Position numbers and translations under genes: made by a program
DNA from: Candidatus Sigynarchaeum calidifontis
GTDB taxonomy: Archaea; Asgardarchaeota; Lokiarchaeia; Sigyniarchaeales; Sigyniarchaeaceae
Direction of reading: 5' to 3'
NCBI GenBank assembly: GCA_030587475.2
Contig: JAUQYZ020000059.1
Coordinates: 1-64,000, forward strand
DNA: 64,000 bases
Part shown: positions 18,501 to 25,972 of the stretch, piece by piece
Position numbering within the stretch: position 1 is the stretch's first letter
How the letters are laid out: every line of letters begins with the position of its first letter
Notes under the pieces: model-generated
Database searches by the model: none
What the model saw: only the letters and a program-made list of their open reading frames with translations
Told to the model about the DNA's origin: nothing

Positions 18501-20282
18501 TATGACCTCGTACTCGATGTATATACATTCCGGTCCGGTCTGAAGGATTTCTACATCACTGCATCCTTGTTAAACTATCAGACCCAACAGCTCAAGTTTA
18601 GTATTAACGTCAACAAGGTGAACACGACAGCAATCGTGCTAGTAAACGGGCTAACTCAAGACCAGCTCAACAATCCTAGCAACTCGATGAGGTTAGGAGA
18701 TACCTTGCACTTCCAGGTGATATACAACGAGACGGACTATGCCACGGCGGTCATCGGGGCAACGGTGGATTTGATCTATATCAACGACTTGACTCACATG
18801 CCCGAAAGTGTTACCTTGAACTATGATGCGGGTTCGAGGACGTACCGAACCGGTAGTTCGGGATTGCGGTTATCCCTTGATAAGTTCCTCTCGCAGCTCA
18901 AGGTATTCACGATAACGGCCCAACGGGTCAATTATGAAACTCGAACCGTGACCTCTATCGTTAACATCAAGAAGATCTCGATCGTGACCAACTTGAACAT
19001 GTCAGCTAATGTTACTGGCACGACGATTTCGATGAATCGTGGTGAGAGATTCATCTTGCGGATAAACTTGTTTAACACGATACAGAACCTTTCCTTCACG
19101 CAAGTGTCCATGATAAACGTGTCGGTAACGCCGGAATTTGATGTGCGCGAGATATTATTGACCCCGGAAATTATCGGGGGCAATTACACGGGGGTCTTTT
19201 ACACGACGATCAATTCGCCGCAGGAACCCAAGTCATACTTGTTGCTTATAAAGGTCCAGTTGTATGATCCCCTTTTACTCCAGCAATACGAGTTCGTCGA
19301 GGTAATCAAGCAAGTGACTCTCGTGGTCGTGGTGCCACCAACGAACGATTACGTATGGCTCCTCTACACGTTGCTCATCGCGATCATCGTCATCACCGCG
19401 TGGTTTATCGCATACCAGGTGCGGTTCAAGTACCCGCCCATGATCCGCAAGATCATGGACATGCGGCGTGCGGTCGCCCGCGCGAAGGAGGCGGCCAAGA
19501 TCCGTCCTGCCAAGGTCATGTCCCGCGAGGAGAACATTTACAACCACTTTGCCAAGGTCATCAACGCGTATAGTTTCTTGCAGACGCGCGACACGCGATA
19601 TGCGGCGAAAGGCAGCGGGTACGCGCCCGTGCCGGAGGAGGGCGTGAAGCTCGAGTGGGAGATCCCTGCGATCGAGGCTCCCGAGATGCCCGCACCCGGT
19701 GCCAAGGGCTTGAAAAAGGCGAAAGGATACGTCTCCCCGCCCGCAACGGTTCCCGCGGTTACTCCCGCGAAACCTGCACCGATGCCTTCGGTCCCGACGG
19801 CGACCCCCACGCCAACTGCGGCGGCGGTCAAACCTGCTGCGCCTTCGCCGCCCTCCGTCCCACCAGCGGCTGGCGTGCCAACGGCACCAGTTACCAAGCC
19901 CGCTGCACCTGTTACCGCGCCGGCTCCCGTGGCCAAGCCGATGGTCAAGCCCCCGTCGTTTGCTGCCCTACCAAAGCCCGCGGTCGCGCCGCTGACGGCG
20001 ACCCGGCCAGGTGTCAAGCCGGTTCCCACGGCACCGGGTGCGGCGCCAGGCGCTGCACCAGGCGCTCCTGCCGAGTCACACGAGAGTCTATACCAGCAGC
20101 TCGTGTTGCTCGAACAAAAGCGGTACAAGGCAGAGCGCAGCATGCGTGACCTCGATGCAAAGCATGCCAAGGGCCTCATCTCCGACGAAGAGCACAAGTC
20201 CTACCACGAAAAGATTTCCAGTGGTTTGGAAAAGATCAAGCAGCAGATCGCGGACATCAGGCGCAAGTTGATCTCGTTCTGA
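12525..20282 (+). CDS. Giant cell-surface protein (2585 aa): signal anchor, Ig-like beta-sandwich repeats, single TM, Pro/Ala-rich cytoplasmic tail
   Basis: N-terminal signal-like segment; Thr/Asn/Val/Tyr-rich ~100-aa units bounded by (P/A/S)IPT-like motifs; many N-x-S/T sequons; TM WLLYTLLIAIIVITAWFIAY; helical C-terminus. Confidence 0.9.
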   Translation: MTRMKISRAIPTSFAVLVTMFIIGTIMMAGSPTVTQNGNSLSNTQLPHGGLVTSAITASNQYTGTGSPLALGEWADSKNTTTGLSFIGTNTGRASIRLAEGWDGMRIYTYVYNLKDIESWTLNPATTYDGFQDTENHFPSGGSVVWSYGEVQITNNCQGWDDPANYLFADLNPRLGGLGTYWDAGQTAYWQQAVNVPRGQISRMWVAFEYWAGTYNQDGSGGDDPFCPWDMVKIYANVGSAGNIANQAQRVIEISSTQIPNKNNAWNPTGITAVPQTIIDAINSGNPTPANAVYLRVGILNSAAYNTNVYNGRTRFRNIRLFVEALAQPVQLNLRVSFDGVGGNGGAQNAIQNIGGTYGVGQLNYTATPSRWLAGAVPLDINSTLRTDATVQFPADNLETVKFDMYQIIYGTNQKNTVTAPNSMAPDGSIFTVGNGTVTTWNTNFYDRPPQIPQAQEDYINYKFNGTKPSDWTFTSILDSQPSEKLGYLILGGGGTRFEMPSAQAMFYGYWTFTATSPNYIQSVAVPSFVYEGQYLRINGTVMSSPLTDGYVGQTQAELTIKFPNGTVWSNAYRRATVTAGRQIAFGQILIPENGTQYVAGTYTAIVTWNNTRSGLPLNETGCMVRTFTVRHRTTLTAASPVILDVLNTQTALPIQVRYADYGGAIVSGATVTFTNFDSVLQTMTFVNDYYNYLTLLDCTNGPRGLNYFTITATHPAFETKSVIVAVEIVRMSNFTTTNSSVSVQWNTNFNLVLSYIDATNGSGILIDSPNNLTVTGWPGGSSRYTVDMSQAATGTYRILFNSSSTLPYVSYPLTIGIKKIGCQGKTLATDASITPRSSALNLIPIPDLAFGQAMIVNANYKEVSSGNFIIGATSTAQIVGYGACLVNSFPNGTYRYSFNTQSLPSTGTYTLRVNINWSGVPYYANQTQTLTIRVIQRQTQAYATNTFDVKYWGSNFSIPLYYIDVINGSSIGSLANVRIQISAFDGATPLILVNTLTWIKYESSGGYWNLTFNATHFGRTNLIPGFNVSIAVGWRANAAPYYVNQSVAFIIKIDEAPTFIYIRDPSKQTVPSGNNHTITFTLINQRSGLGIPGQQGNIVVTSAGVLPDNEVFNPAIGITWDGQGNYTLMFNITKLASDYVAFNISIDMSNYVDIVNYGFTLIKITPIPVTEILPVAPVHLDQQVNISIYFHLVGVDTGIPDATITFQRNPSSGPWPGGSYSWSFDGTRYYNVLFTPSFIHPVVNASGSYSVFVNIASPSGNSQVRVNFVVNPIPTNISKTYFNNTDYTSSLPTYSVYIGDYVNVSVYFENTYNNTAVTSALVMLSRTGFNQTMTLSGTRYYCVVNTAVFGVGSFEFTVSASRNNFMQASQKIKLDIQPVSTDLVVKLNNSATLNFYMYYGQFLRVAFLYNNTHRGIPIRIGSATLTGGTIPFGNSTFTVNSTGWWNGIINSAAIGIPGTYSMTLSMSLASYQTALETFVVTIASIPTTSASYNSVGGLQSTFSLYYGQPLVLAVRYQNSLTSAYITGASMSVTSTLVNSSFARTGNWYNYTFNTAATPNVYTISISASQANYTSSTVIITVTILAIPTDLRVYDGNVQRTSFDAVFGQNITCKLQLWDTLNNVVVTGTGFSSAYGYISPTPGQLGNYTLTVNTTSWASIGIVQFTVTATRANHLASSEVITINIRPITTDVRVYINGIDRTSTLQETINFLETFSITVYFNNTLLNRPIIGATLQLAFTNQTGSYLFSLPATGAPGNYSNTFDSGVLGAAIGNQYIFDLSATLTNYESIFKRLNIFYNPIPTALNITQAGIEVPRSGAGNTLQAIYSDNLVLAVNLASYLESKNLSGPGVDITAVVNQQTILGVYNGSVYVITIAVDNPAYAMNAGFTHQVLVVGDAQGYKSDSFSLLVNVLPIPTNLSVFINETYYTGFLSSTIFLKNTLSFKVYYDRDYNGIQPLPQLGAAVKLVFINDTTLMQTEVNVNPVLLENYAAYDLVLDVYTFRSGLKDFYITASLLNYQTQQLKFSINVNKVNTTAIVLVNGLTQDQLNNPSNSMRLGDTLHFQVIYNETDYATAVIGATVDLIYINDLTHMPESVTLNYDAGSRTYRTGSSGLRLSLDKFLSQLKVFTITAQRVNYETRTVTSIVNIKKISIVTNLNMSANVTGTTISMNRGERFILRINLFNTIQNLSFTQVSMINVSVTPEFDVREILLTPEIIGGNYTGVFYTTINSPQEPKSYLLLIKVQLYDPLLLQQYEFVEVIKQVTLVVVVPPTNDYVWLLYTLLIAIIVITAWFIAYQVRFKYPPMIRKIMDMRRAVARAKEAAKIRPAKVMSREENIYNHFAKVINAYSFLQTRDTRYAAKGSGYAPVPEEGVKLEWEIPAIEAPEMPAPGAKGLKKAKGYVSPPATVPAVTPAKPAPMPSVPTATPTPTAAAVKPAAPSPPSVPPAAGVPTAPVTKPAAPVTAPAPVAKPMVKPPSFAALPKPAVAPLTATRPGVKPVPTAPGAAPGAAPGAPAESHESLYQQLVLLEQKRYKAERSMRDLDAKHAKGLISDEEHKSYHEKISSGLEKIKQQIADIRRKLISF

Positions 20283-20289
20283 GATCATC

Positions 20290-20318
20290 CCTCTTTTTCT
20301 CACTATTTTTTTTGTTTA
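20290..20318 (+). terminator. Oligo-T tract, putative archaeal terminator
   Basis: ctctttttctcactatttttttttgttt just after the stop of the giant gene. Confidence 0.45.
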
Positions 20319-20515
20319 TTCGTGAAATAGAATCTGATCTGTCACGTTTCCGCTAATCAAACATTGCCCCGGTAACGGCATCATGGCGGGGCGTTCAAAA
20401 AGGAGATTTTCGACGTGCCTATGGCATGGTAGTAAGCACGTGATTACACGTAATGTTTGTGAAAAATCGAAATAGAAAGAAAATACCGGTATCGCATCGG
20501 GAGGAATCTTGATTA

Positions 20516-23167
20516 TCATTCTTTTTTGAGCTTGCTCTCCCACATGCGGAACCGGTCGATGTATTGCTGCTGCTGTGCTGCGGTAAGGGATCCAGGAATG
20601 GTTTTCAAGTCCCGGACCGCCCGCGCGAGCTCGAACAACGTGCTGTTGAAGCCCATCTTGTTAAAAACTGCCTGGCGGAAGGCTTCGACATTATCGCCGA
20701 GATCCGAGCCGGTCTGTTCGCGGGCCAATTTTTCCAGTTCCTTTATCCCCTCTATCACGAGCGTTTTTAGTTCTGCTGGCGGGTTCTTGAACAGCGCGGA
20801 AATCCCGCTCGATGCAGCCACCTTGGCGACCTCGGCTGGCGGGGAAGCGGGTGCCGGGCGAGGTGCCGGGGAAGCGGTCGAGGTGGCAGTTTCGACGACC
20901 TCGGTACGGGCGCGCATGATCGTGGGGCCCTCGCTCTTTGCCTTCTTGGGCGTGGCGTAATAGGTCTTGTGGGTCGGCTTGAAGCTGATATCGACCTTGG
21001 ACCTGTCTACCTTTTTCTTGCCGATTCCCTCGAAGACATCCTTCTTCGCGTTCATCCAGCATTCTTCGAGGATGGGCGTGAAAATACGGATGTCTTCTTG
21101 CAAGATCGTTCCAATACCGGCTACTTCCTTGTTCTTGCTCACGACGCACACGACGCATTTTTCCGAATCCCTGTTCATGCCCCAGATCGTGACCTCGCCC
21201 TTGTAGTGCCGGTAGGTGACGTTCGGGTGCTCGTCCAGGACGGAGAGGATGGCCAGGTGCTTGTCATTTGACAGGTCGATGGCGCAAGCGATGCGGATGT
21301 TCGTCGTGGACTTGGCCGAGATCACGGGTCGAATATCTACATCGTCGAGCGTGGGCGCGATGATGAGCACGCGCATCTTCGCTTCCTCCAGCGCGTCGTT
21401 GATCGACGCGATGACGGCCTCTGGCGAGCGGACGAACCAGACCTCCTTGAGCGAGTACATGACCTCGGACTTGGCGCGCTCCCAGAAGTCTCGGATGGTT
21501 TTCTGGCTCTCGTTGACCCGGTCCTCCATGTTCGTGAGGATCTTCTCGAGCTCCTTCACGACCTCCCCCTTGAAAACGTCGCGGATCGTGCCGAGCGCGT
21601 GGTCGATCTCGCCGGACAAGGCATCTGCACGTGCTTTTGATTCTTTCGCCGTCTTCGCGAAATCAACGAGCACGTCCGAGAAGATCCGCTCGAACTCGGC
21701 AACGATCGTTTGCAGCATGCCCTCGAGCTGGTTCGCGACGGCACCCATCTTGCTCTCCGAGTCCTGGATCGTGCGCTCGAAGGATTGCGAGGTCTTACTA
21801 AACGAGTCGCGCATGTTCTTCGAGACGGCGTCGATCGTTTGCTTGACCGAATTGACGATCCCGTCGTTCGTCTGCTGGATTTTCTCGACTTGGCTGACGA
21901 CATCGATGAGCAAGGACTGGATCGTGCTTGAAAAGTTGGCGAGATTGACGCGGATGATCTGGTTGAAGTTATCGTGGAAGTTCTGGATGAAGGCTTGTTG
22001 GATTTGGACGACCGAGTTCTGGATGTCGGCGAACGAGTTCTCCAGCGTTTTTTTCACGATTTGCTGGATGCGGATCGTGTTCGGGCCCAAGCGCATGGCG
22101 TCCACCGCTTGCGCGACGCGCTCGTTGACGCGCGTGAGGGTCTGGTTGAGCGTCGCGAACTGGCTCACGAGGCCCTGGAACTGGCTCGTGAGCTGCGATT
22201 GCGCCGTCCCGGCGAGCTTGTTGAACCGGTCCTCCAGCTCCTTCTCGACGTTGTCCCGCTTGCCCCTGATGTCATCGATGATGTGCTTGATGCCTTCGAG
22301 ATTCGCGTTGTTCGTGTTCTTGAGCTGTTCGAAATACGAGGTGTTGGCCCTGAGCATGGCGTCTTGCTGGTCGATTTGTTTGCCCAGCTCCGAGCCCAGG
22401 CTCTTGATGAATGCCTGGAAGCCCCTGAGCTCGTCGATGCCCTTCTGGCTCGACTCGGTGATCTGGCTTTTGCGCCGGGTGAACTCATCCATTTTACTCG
22501 TGAACGACGAGGACGTGGTCAAGATGAATTCCTGGAAGTCGCGCAGCTTCTTGATGCCGCCGGTCGATTGCTCGAACGTCTGGAAGCGTTTATCGAGCGC
22601 GCCAAGCGTGGTTTCCTTGAGCCGGGCGACTTCCTCGGCGAACATCTCTTGTTGCTTGACCAGCGCTGCATATGGTGGCAAGGCTTCCCAGTAATCCGCC
22701 GCGCCGACGATTTTCCGGGCCAACCCGTTGTTGACGAGGTTATTGGCGATGTTGATGCACGTCTCGCGGTCCGCATCGATTAGCAGCATCATTTCTCCCG
22801 CATCCACGGGGCCGCGGCCACTGATGAGGAAGTAGGTCCTTATCTCATCCTCGGACAAGTTCAAGGATCCCAGCACGCGGGAAGTTAAATCGACGCTGAG
22901 AGATTTTTCTTTCGATATATCCGCCACGACCGGCACCGCTTCTCGCTTGATGACCTGGAGCGACGAGTTCGTCGTGATTTGCAAGCGAATGAGCCCGTGC
23001 ATGCCGTTATACGCCTCGGACTCGAACGTGGCCGGGAAACCACGTTTTGCAGCGGTGTTATAATCCGCTTTCGTGATCTTGAAGATAATTTCCCTAGATG
23101 TCTCTGGACAGATTTCACGGATGATTACCGTGTCCCGGTTCTTGAATAAAACGTCTGCTGATGACAT
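20516..23167 (-). CDS. TrmB-like wHTH plus long coiled coil plus PLD-like effector-domain protein (883 aa)
   Basis: LNLSEDEIRTYFLISGRGP...NLVNNGLARK...WEALPP (TrmB HTH pattern); ~400 aa helical heptad region; FVRSPEAV...AKMRVLIIAP...NRDSEKCVV (TrmB C-terminal/PLD-like pattern). Confidence 0.75.
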   Translation of the reverse strand: MSSADVLFKNRDTVIIREICPETSREIIFKITKADYNTAAKRGFPATFESEAYNGMHGLIRLQITTNSSLQVIKREAVPVVADISKEKSLSVDLTSRVLGSLNLSEDEIRTYFLISGRGPVDAGEMMLLIDADRETCINIANNLVNNGLARKIVGAADYWEALPPYAALVKQQEMFAEEVARLKETTLGALDKRFQTFEQSTGGIKKLRDFQEFILTTSSSFTSKMDEFTRRKSQITESSQKGIDELRGFQAFIKSLGSELGKQIDQQDAMLRANTSYFEQLKNTNNANLEGIKHIIDDIRGKRDNVEKELEDRFNKLAGTAQSQLTSQFQGLVSQFATLNQTLTRVNERVAQAVDAMRLGPNTIRIQQIVKKTLENSFADIQNSVVQIQQAFIQNFHDNFNQIIRVNLANFSSTIQSLLIDVVSQVEKIQQTNDGIVNSVKQTIDAVSKNMRDSFSKTSQSFERTIQDSESKMGAVANQLEGMLQTIVAEFERIFSDVLVDFAKTAKESKARADALSGEIDHALGTIRDVFKGEVVKELEKILTNMEDRVNESQKTIRDFWERAKSEVMYSLKEVWFVRSPEAVIASINDALEEAKMRVLIIAPTLDDVDIRPVISAKSTTNIRIACAIDLSNDKHLAILSVLDEHPNVTYRHYKGEVTIWGMNRDSEKCVVCVVSKNKEVAGIGTILQEDIRIFTPILEECWMNAKKDVFEGIGKKKVDRSKVDISFKPTHKTYYATPKKAKSEGPTIMRARTEVVETATSTASPAPRPAPASPPAEVAKVAASSGISALFKNPPAELKTLVIEGIKELEKLAREQTGSDLGDNVEAFRQAVFNKMGFNSTLFELARAVRDLKTIPGSLTAAQQQQYIDRFRMWESKLKKE

Positions 23168-23277
23168 GATTCCATTCCCCGCTTGTTTCGGAGAACACTC
23201 AATTGGTACACGCGTGTTACGATTAAGTATGTTCCTCTATTCTTTTTGTCTATAATAATTTTAGTTGGCACGTCGAA

Positions 23278-24459
23278 ATGAAAGCGACAAGGATGGACGC
23301 GCAACGATTCGTCGGGACGCATCTCGATATGGGCAGACAGCAAGGCAAGGCATACGCGGAAGCGATGCACGGCGGGTTAGAATCATTCAAGGGACTGGAA
23401 GTGCTTCGCTCGATGAAGCCACGCTTGATCCCGGCGGGTTATTTCTTGTGGATCGCCGGGGGAATGGCCAAGCGGTTCCTCGAACCCATCTATGCGCGCT
23501 ACGCCCCGCGTCTCCGGGACCGCATCAAGGGCATCGCCATCGGCGCCGGCATCAACGAGCGGCATGTATGGTTTTTCTCCAGCTCGGAAATCGTGCTCGG
23601 CATCAACGACTACGAGGTGCCGCTCGCGTGCGGTTGCACGACCGTGGTGCTCAAGCCGTCGATGATGTCGTCGGCGCGCGCGACCGTCGCCCGGAACTTC
23701 GACTTCGCATCGTTCATCGTGCCCTACTTGCGCGTGCGGAGGAACGAGCCGACCGGCCTCTTGCGGTCAATGGACATCACGGCCGCGCCGCTGCCGGGCA
23801 CCTTCAACGGCTTCAACGAGGCCGGTGTCTTCATCTCGACGAACGAGGCCTTCCCCGTCGCGAAGGGCATCCGCGAGCCAGGCCTGCCCGCATCTGCGAT
23901 CATCCAAGAAGCACTCGAGACCGCCAACACCACTCAGGAGGCCATCGACACGTTTAAACGATTGCCGCGGGGCTCGTGCAACATCATCACGATCGCCGAC
24001 AAGCACGGCGATGCCGTGTCGCTCGAGTACACGAGCAAGGAGATACACGAGGTCGTGCCCGGTGATGGTGAAGGTTTTCTCGTCGCGACGAACCATTACA
24101 TCACGCCGGGGCTCGCGGCCATCGACCTGCCGCTCGACGCCGTGTTCGGCAAGAAAGCTCCCCGGTCGCTGCGCGGGACATGCATCAACAAGACAAGCGT
24201 GACGCGACGCAAGACGGCAACCGCGTGGCTCGCGGCCAAGGCTGGGGAACCAGGCTCGATCACGGCGGAGGCCCTGCAGTCGCTGCTGCGTGATCATTCG
24301 GCGAACGGCGGCACAGGCGGTATGGAGACGATCTGCCACCACGACCCCGAAAACATATCCGCGGCTTCAATGATAGTCGACCTGGCGGCGCGCGAGATGT
24401 GGGCGTGTTTCGGGTTGCCTTGTGAACACGAGTACGAGCGTTTCTTTTTCGATGAGTGA
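23278..24459 (+). CDS. C45-family Ntn hydrolase (acyl-CoA:6-APA acyltransferase-like)
   Basis: GTHLDMGRQQG, G|CTT autoprocessing site, ARNFD, GFNEAG, ATNHY. Confidence 0.9.
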   Translation: MKATRMDAQRFVGTHLDMGRQQGKAYAEAMHGGLESFKGLEVLRSMKPRLIPAGYFLWIAGGMAKRFLEPIYARYAPRLRDRIKGIAIGAGINERHVWFFSSSEIVLGINDYEVPLACGCTTVVLKPSMMSSARATVARNFDFASFIVPYLRVRRNEPTGLLRSMDITAAPLPGTFNGFNEAGVFISTNEAFPVAKGIREPGLPASAIIQEALETANTTQEAIDTFKRLPRGSCNIITIADKHGDAVSLEYTSKEIHEVVPGDGEGFLVATNHYITPGLAAIDLPLDAVFGKKAPRSLRGTCINKTSVTRRKTATAWLAAKAGEPGSITAEALQSLLRDHSANGGTGGMETICHHDPENISAASMIVDLAAREMWACFGLPCEHEYERFFFDE

Positions 24460-25874
24460 TCGAAAACATGAGCGTTAACGCGGGAAAATCAGGGCGGGGG
24501 AAGGTAATAAGAGTCGGGCTCGCAGTGTTTTACAACCCGTACGAGGCGGGCGGTACCGGGGCAAAGAACGTGCTCGAGGATAGCCTAGCCTTTCTCGATG
24601 CGGCTTCGTTCTCGGCCGTGCCGGCGCCCGTGTTGGTTCACGACATAGCGACGGCGCGCCAAGCTGGTCAATTCTTCAAGGATGAAGGCCTCCACATCAT
24701 CATCGTACATCTTGCCACGTGGACGGGCGATGACTTGCTCATCGAGATGATCTCGTGGATAGCATTCGCTCCCGTTATTATCAACTGGGCATTGCGTGAC
24801 ATCAACTCGGGATCGCTGTGCGGATGCCAGCAGTTCAACATGGTGCTTCGTGAACTCAAGATCGCGTCGGAATTCGTGCTCGGGCAAGATGCGGGGGCAC
24901 TAAAGGCGTTGGAGGCTCACGTGAAACGGCACGTAAATAATGCAAACCAGGCTAAAGTACCTTTTTGGTATTCAAAAGACGAGATAATAAACGCGACGAT
25001 CGAAGCGATGCGGCATTTGCGGGTGGGGATCATCGGCGCGCGAACACCAGGGATGATGGAAGTCGCGTTCGACGAGTTCGGTATCAAGATTGAACTCGGA
25101 CCGGCGATCCGGTTCATCCCGGTCGCGGAAATCGAGAGCCGTGCGATGAAAATACCTCCCGCCTCTGTGGAGATCGCCATGGCATCCTTCCGGCAAAGGT
25201 TCGCGGGTGTTCGCATCTGTGCCAACACGGCTGCAATTGACCTGTCCGTGCGAGTTTATCTAGCATTGAAGGAACTGGTCAAGGAGCATCACTTGGACGC
25301 AATCACGATCGATTGCTACCCAGGATACATGGGGCGTGCATGTCTCGCCTTCTCCATGCTCGCGGACGAAGGGATGCCGTGCGCGTGTGAGGCCGACGTG
25401 CATGCTGCCATCTTGATATGGCTAGTGCAAAGGTTTTCGGGCCAGCCGGCGAACCACATCGATACACTAGACGTCGACCTTGAAGCGAACACGATCACGG
25501 GTGGACATTGCGGATCTTGCTCGCTGCAGCTCGCTCGCCCGGGATCGGCAGTCATCGCCCCCGTCCGGCTCGCGAACGAGGGCGCATGTGTCATGTTCCC
25601 GGAAAAAGAGGGGCCGGTCACGCTCGTGAATTTGGTCGGGCGTTCGGATACATTTCGGGCTTGCGTGCTCACGGGAACGGCCATCGATACCGGGCTCGTG
25701 TTCCCTGGAAATCCCACCAAGATCAAGCTAGACGTGCACGTGAACAAATTTCTTGCAACCGTCGCAAGCCATGGCCTCGGTCACCACTGGATCGTCGGCC
25801 AGGGCACGTTTTATGCATCGACCATCGAGAGTTTATTCCAATCCTTGCGCATCAAGGTTGTTTCGGTTTTGTGA
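24456..25874 (+). CDS. L-fucose/L-arabinose isomerase family protein
   Basis: SGSLCG, IGARTPGM, DAITIDCYP, ACEAD, HCG, HHW motifs; GTGA overlap with upstream stop. Confidence 0.85.
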   Translation: MIENMSVNAGKSGRGKVIRVGLAVFYNPYEAGGTGAKNVLEDSLAFLDAASFSAVPAPVLVHDIATARQAGQFFKDEGLHIIIVHLATWTGDDLLIEMISWIAFAPVIINWALRDINSGSLCGCQQFNMVLRELKIASEFVLGQDAGALKALEAHVKRHVNNANQAKVPFWYSKDEIINATIEAMRHLRVGIIGARTPGMMEVAFDEFGIKIELGPAIRFIPVAEIESRAMKIPPASVEIAMASFRQRFAGVRICANTAAIDLSVRVYLALKELVKEHHLDAITIDCYPGYMGRACLAFSMLADEGMPCACEADVHAAILIWLVQRFSGQPANHIDTLDVDLEANTITGGHCGSCSLQLARPGSAVIAPVRLANEGACVMFPEKEGPVTLVNLVGRSDTFRACVLTGTAIDTGLVFPGNPTKIKLDVHVNKFLATVASHGLGHHWIVGQGTFYASTIESLFQSLRIKVVSVL

Positions 25875-25972
25875 TAACGAATCGACAATTCAAATTAGAT
25901 TTATATCGTTTAAGGAACTGATTTCCTCATAATACCTTCCGCGTGTTCATCGCTCACGGGCGCAGCCGAGCC

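Noticed and set aside
21216-22783. Long antisense ORFs (492 aa and 269 aa) and similar ones opposite the thermosome, LRR and glucosidase genes
   Set aside because: Shadow frames expected from GC-rich codon bias; no motifs.
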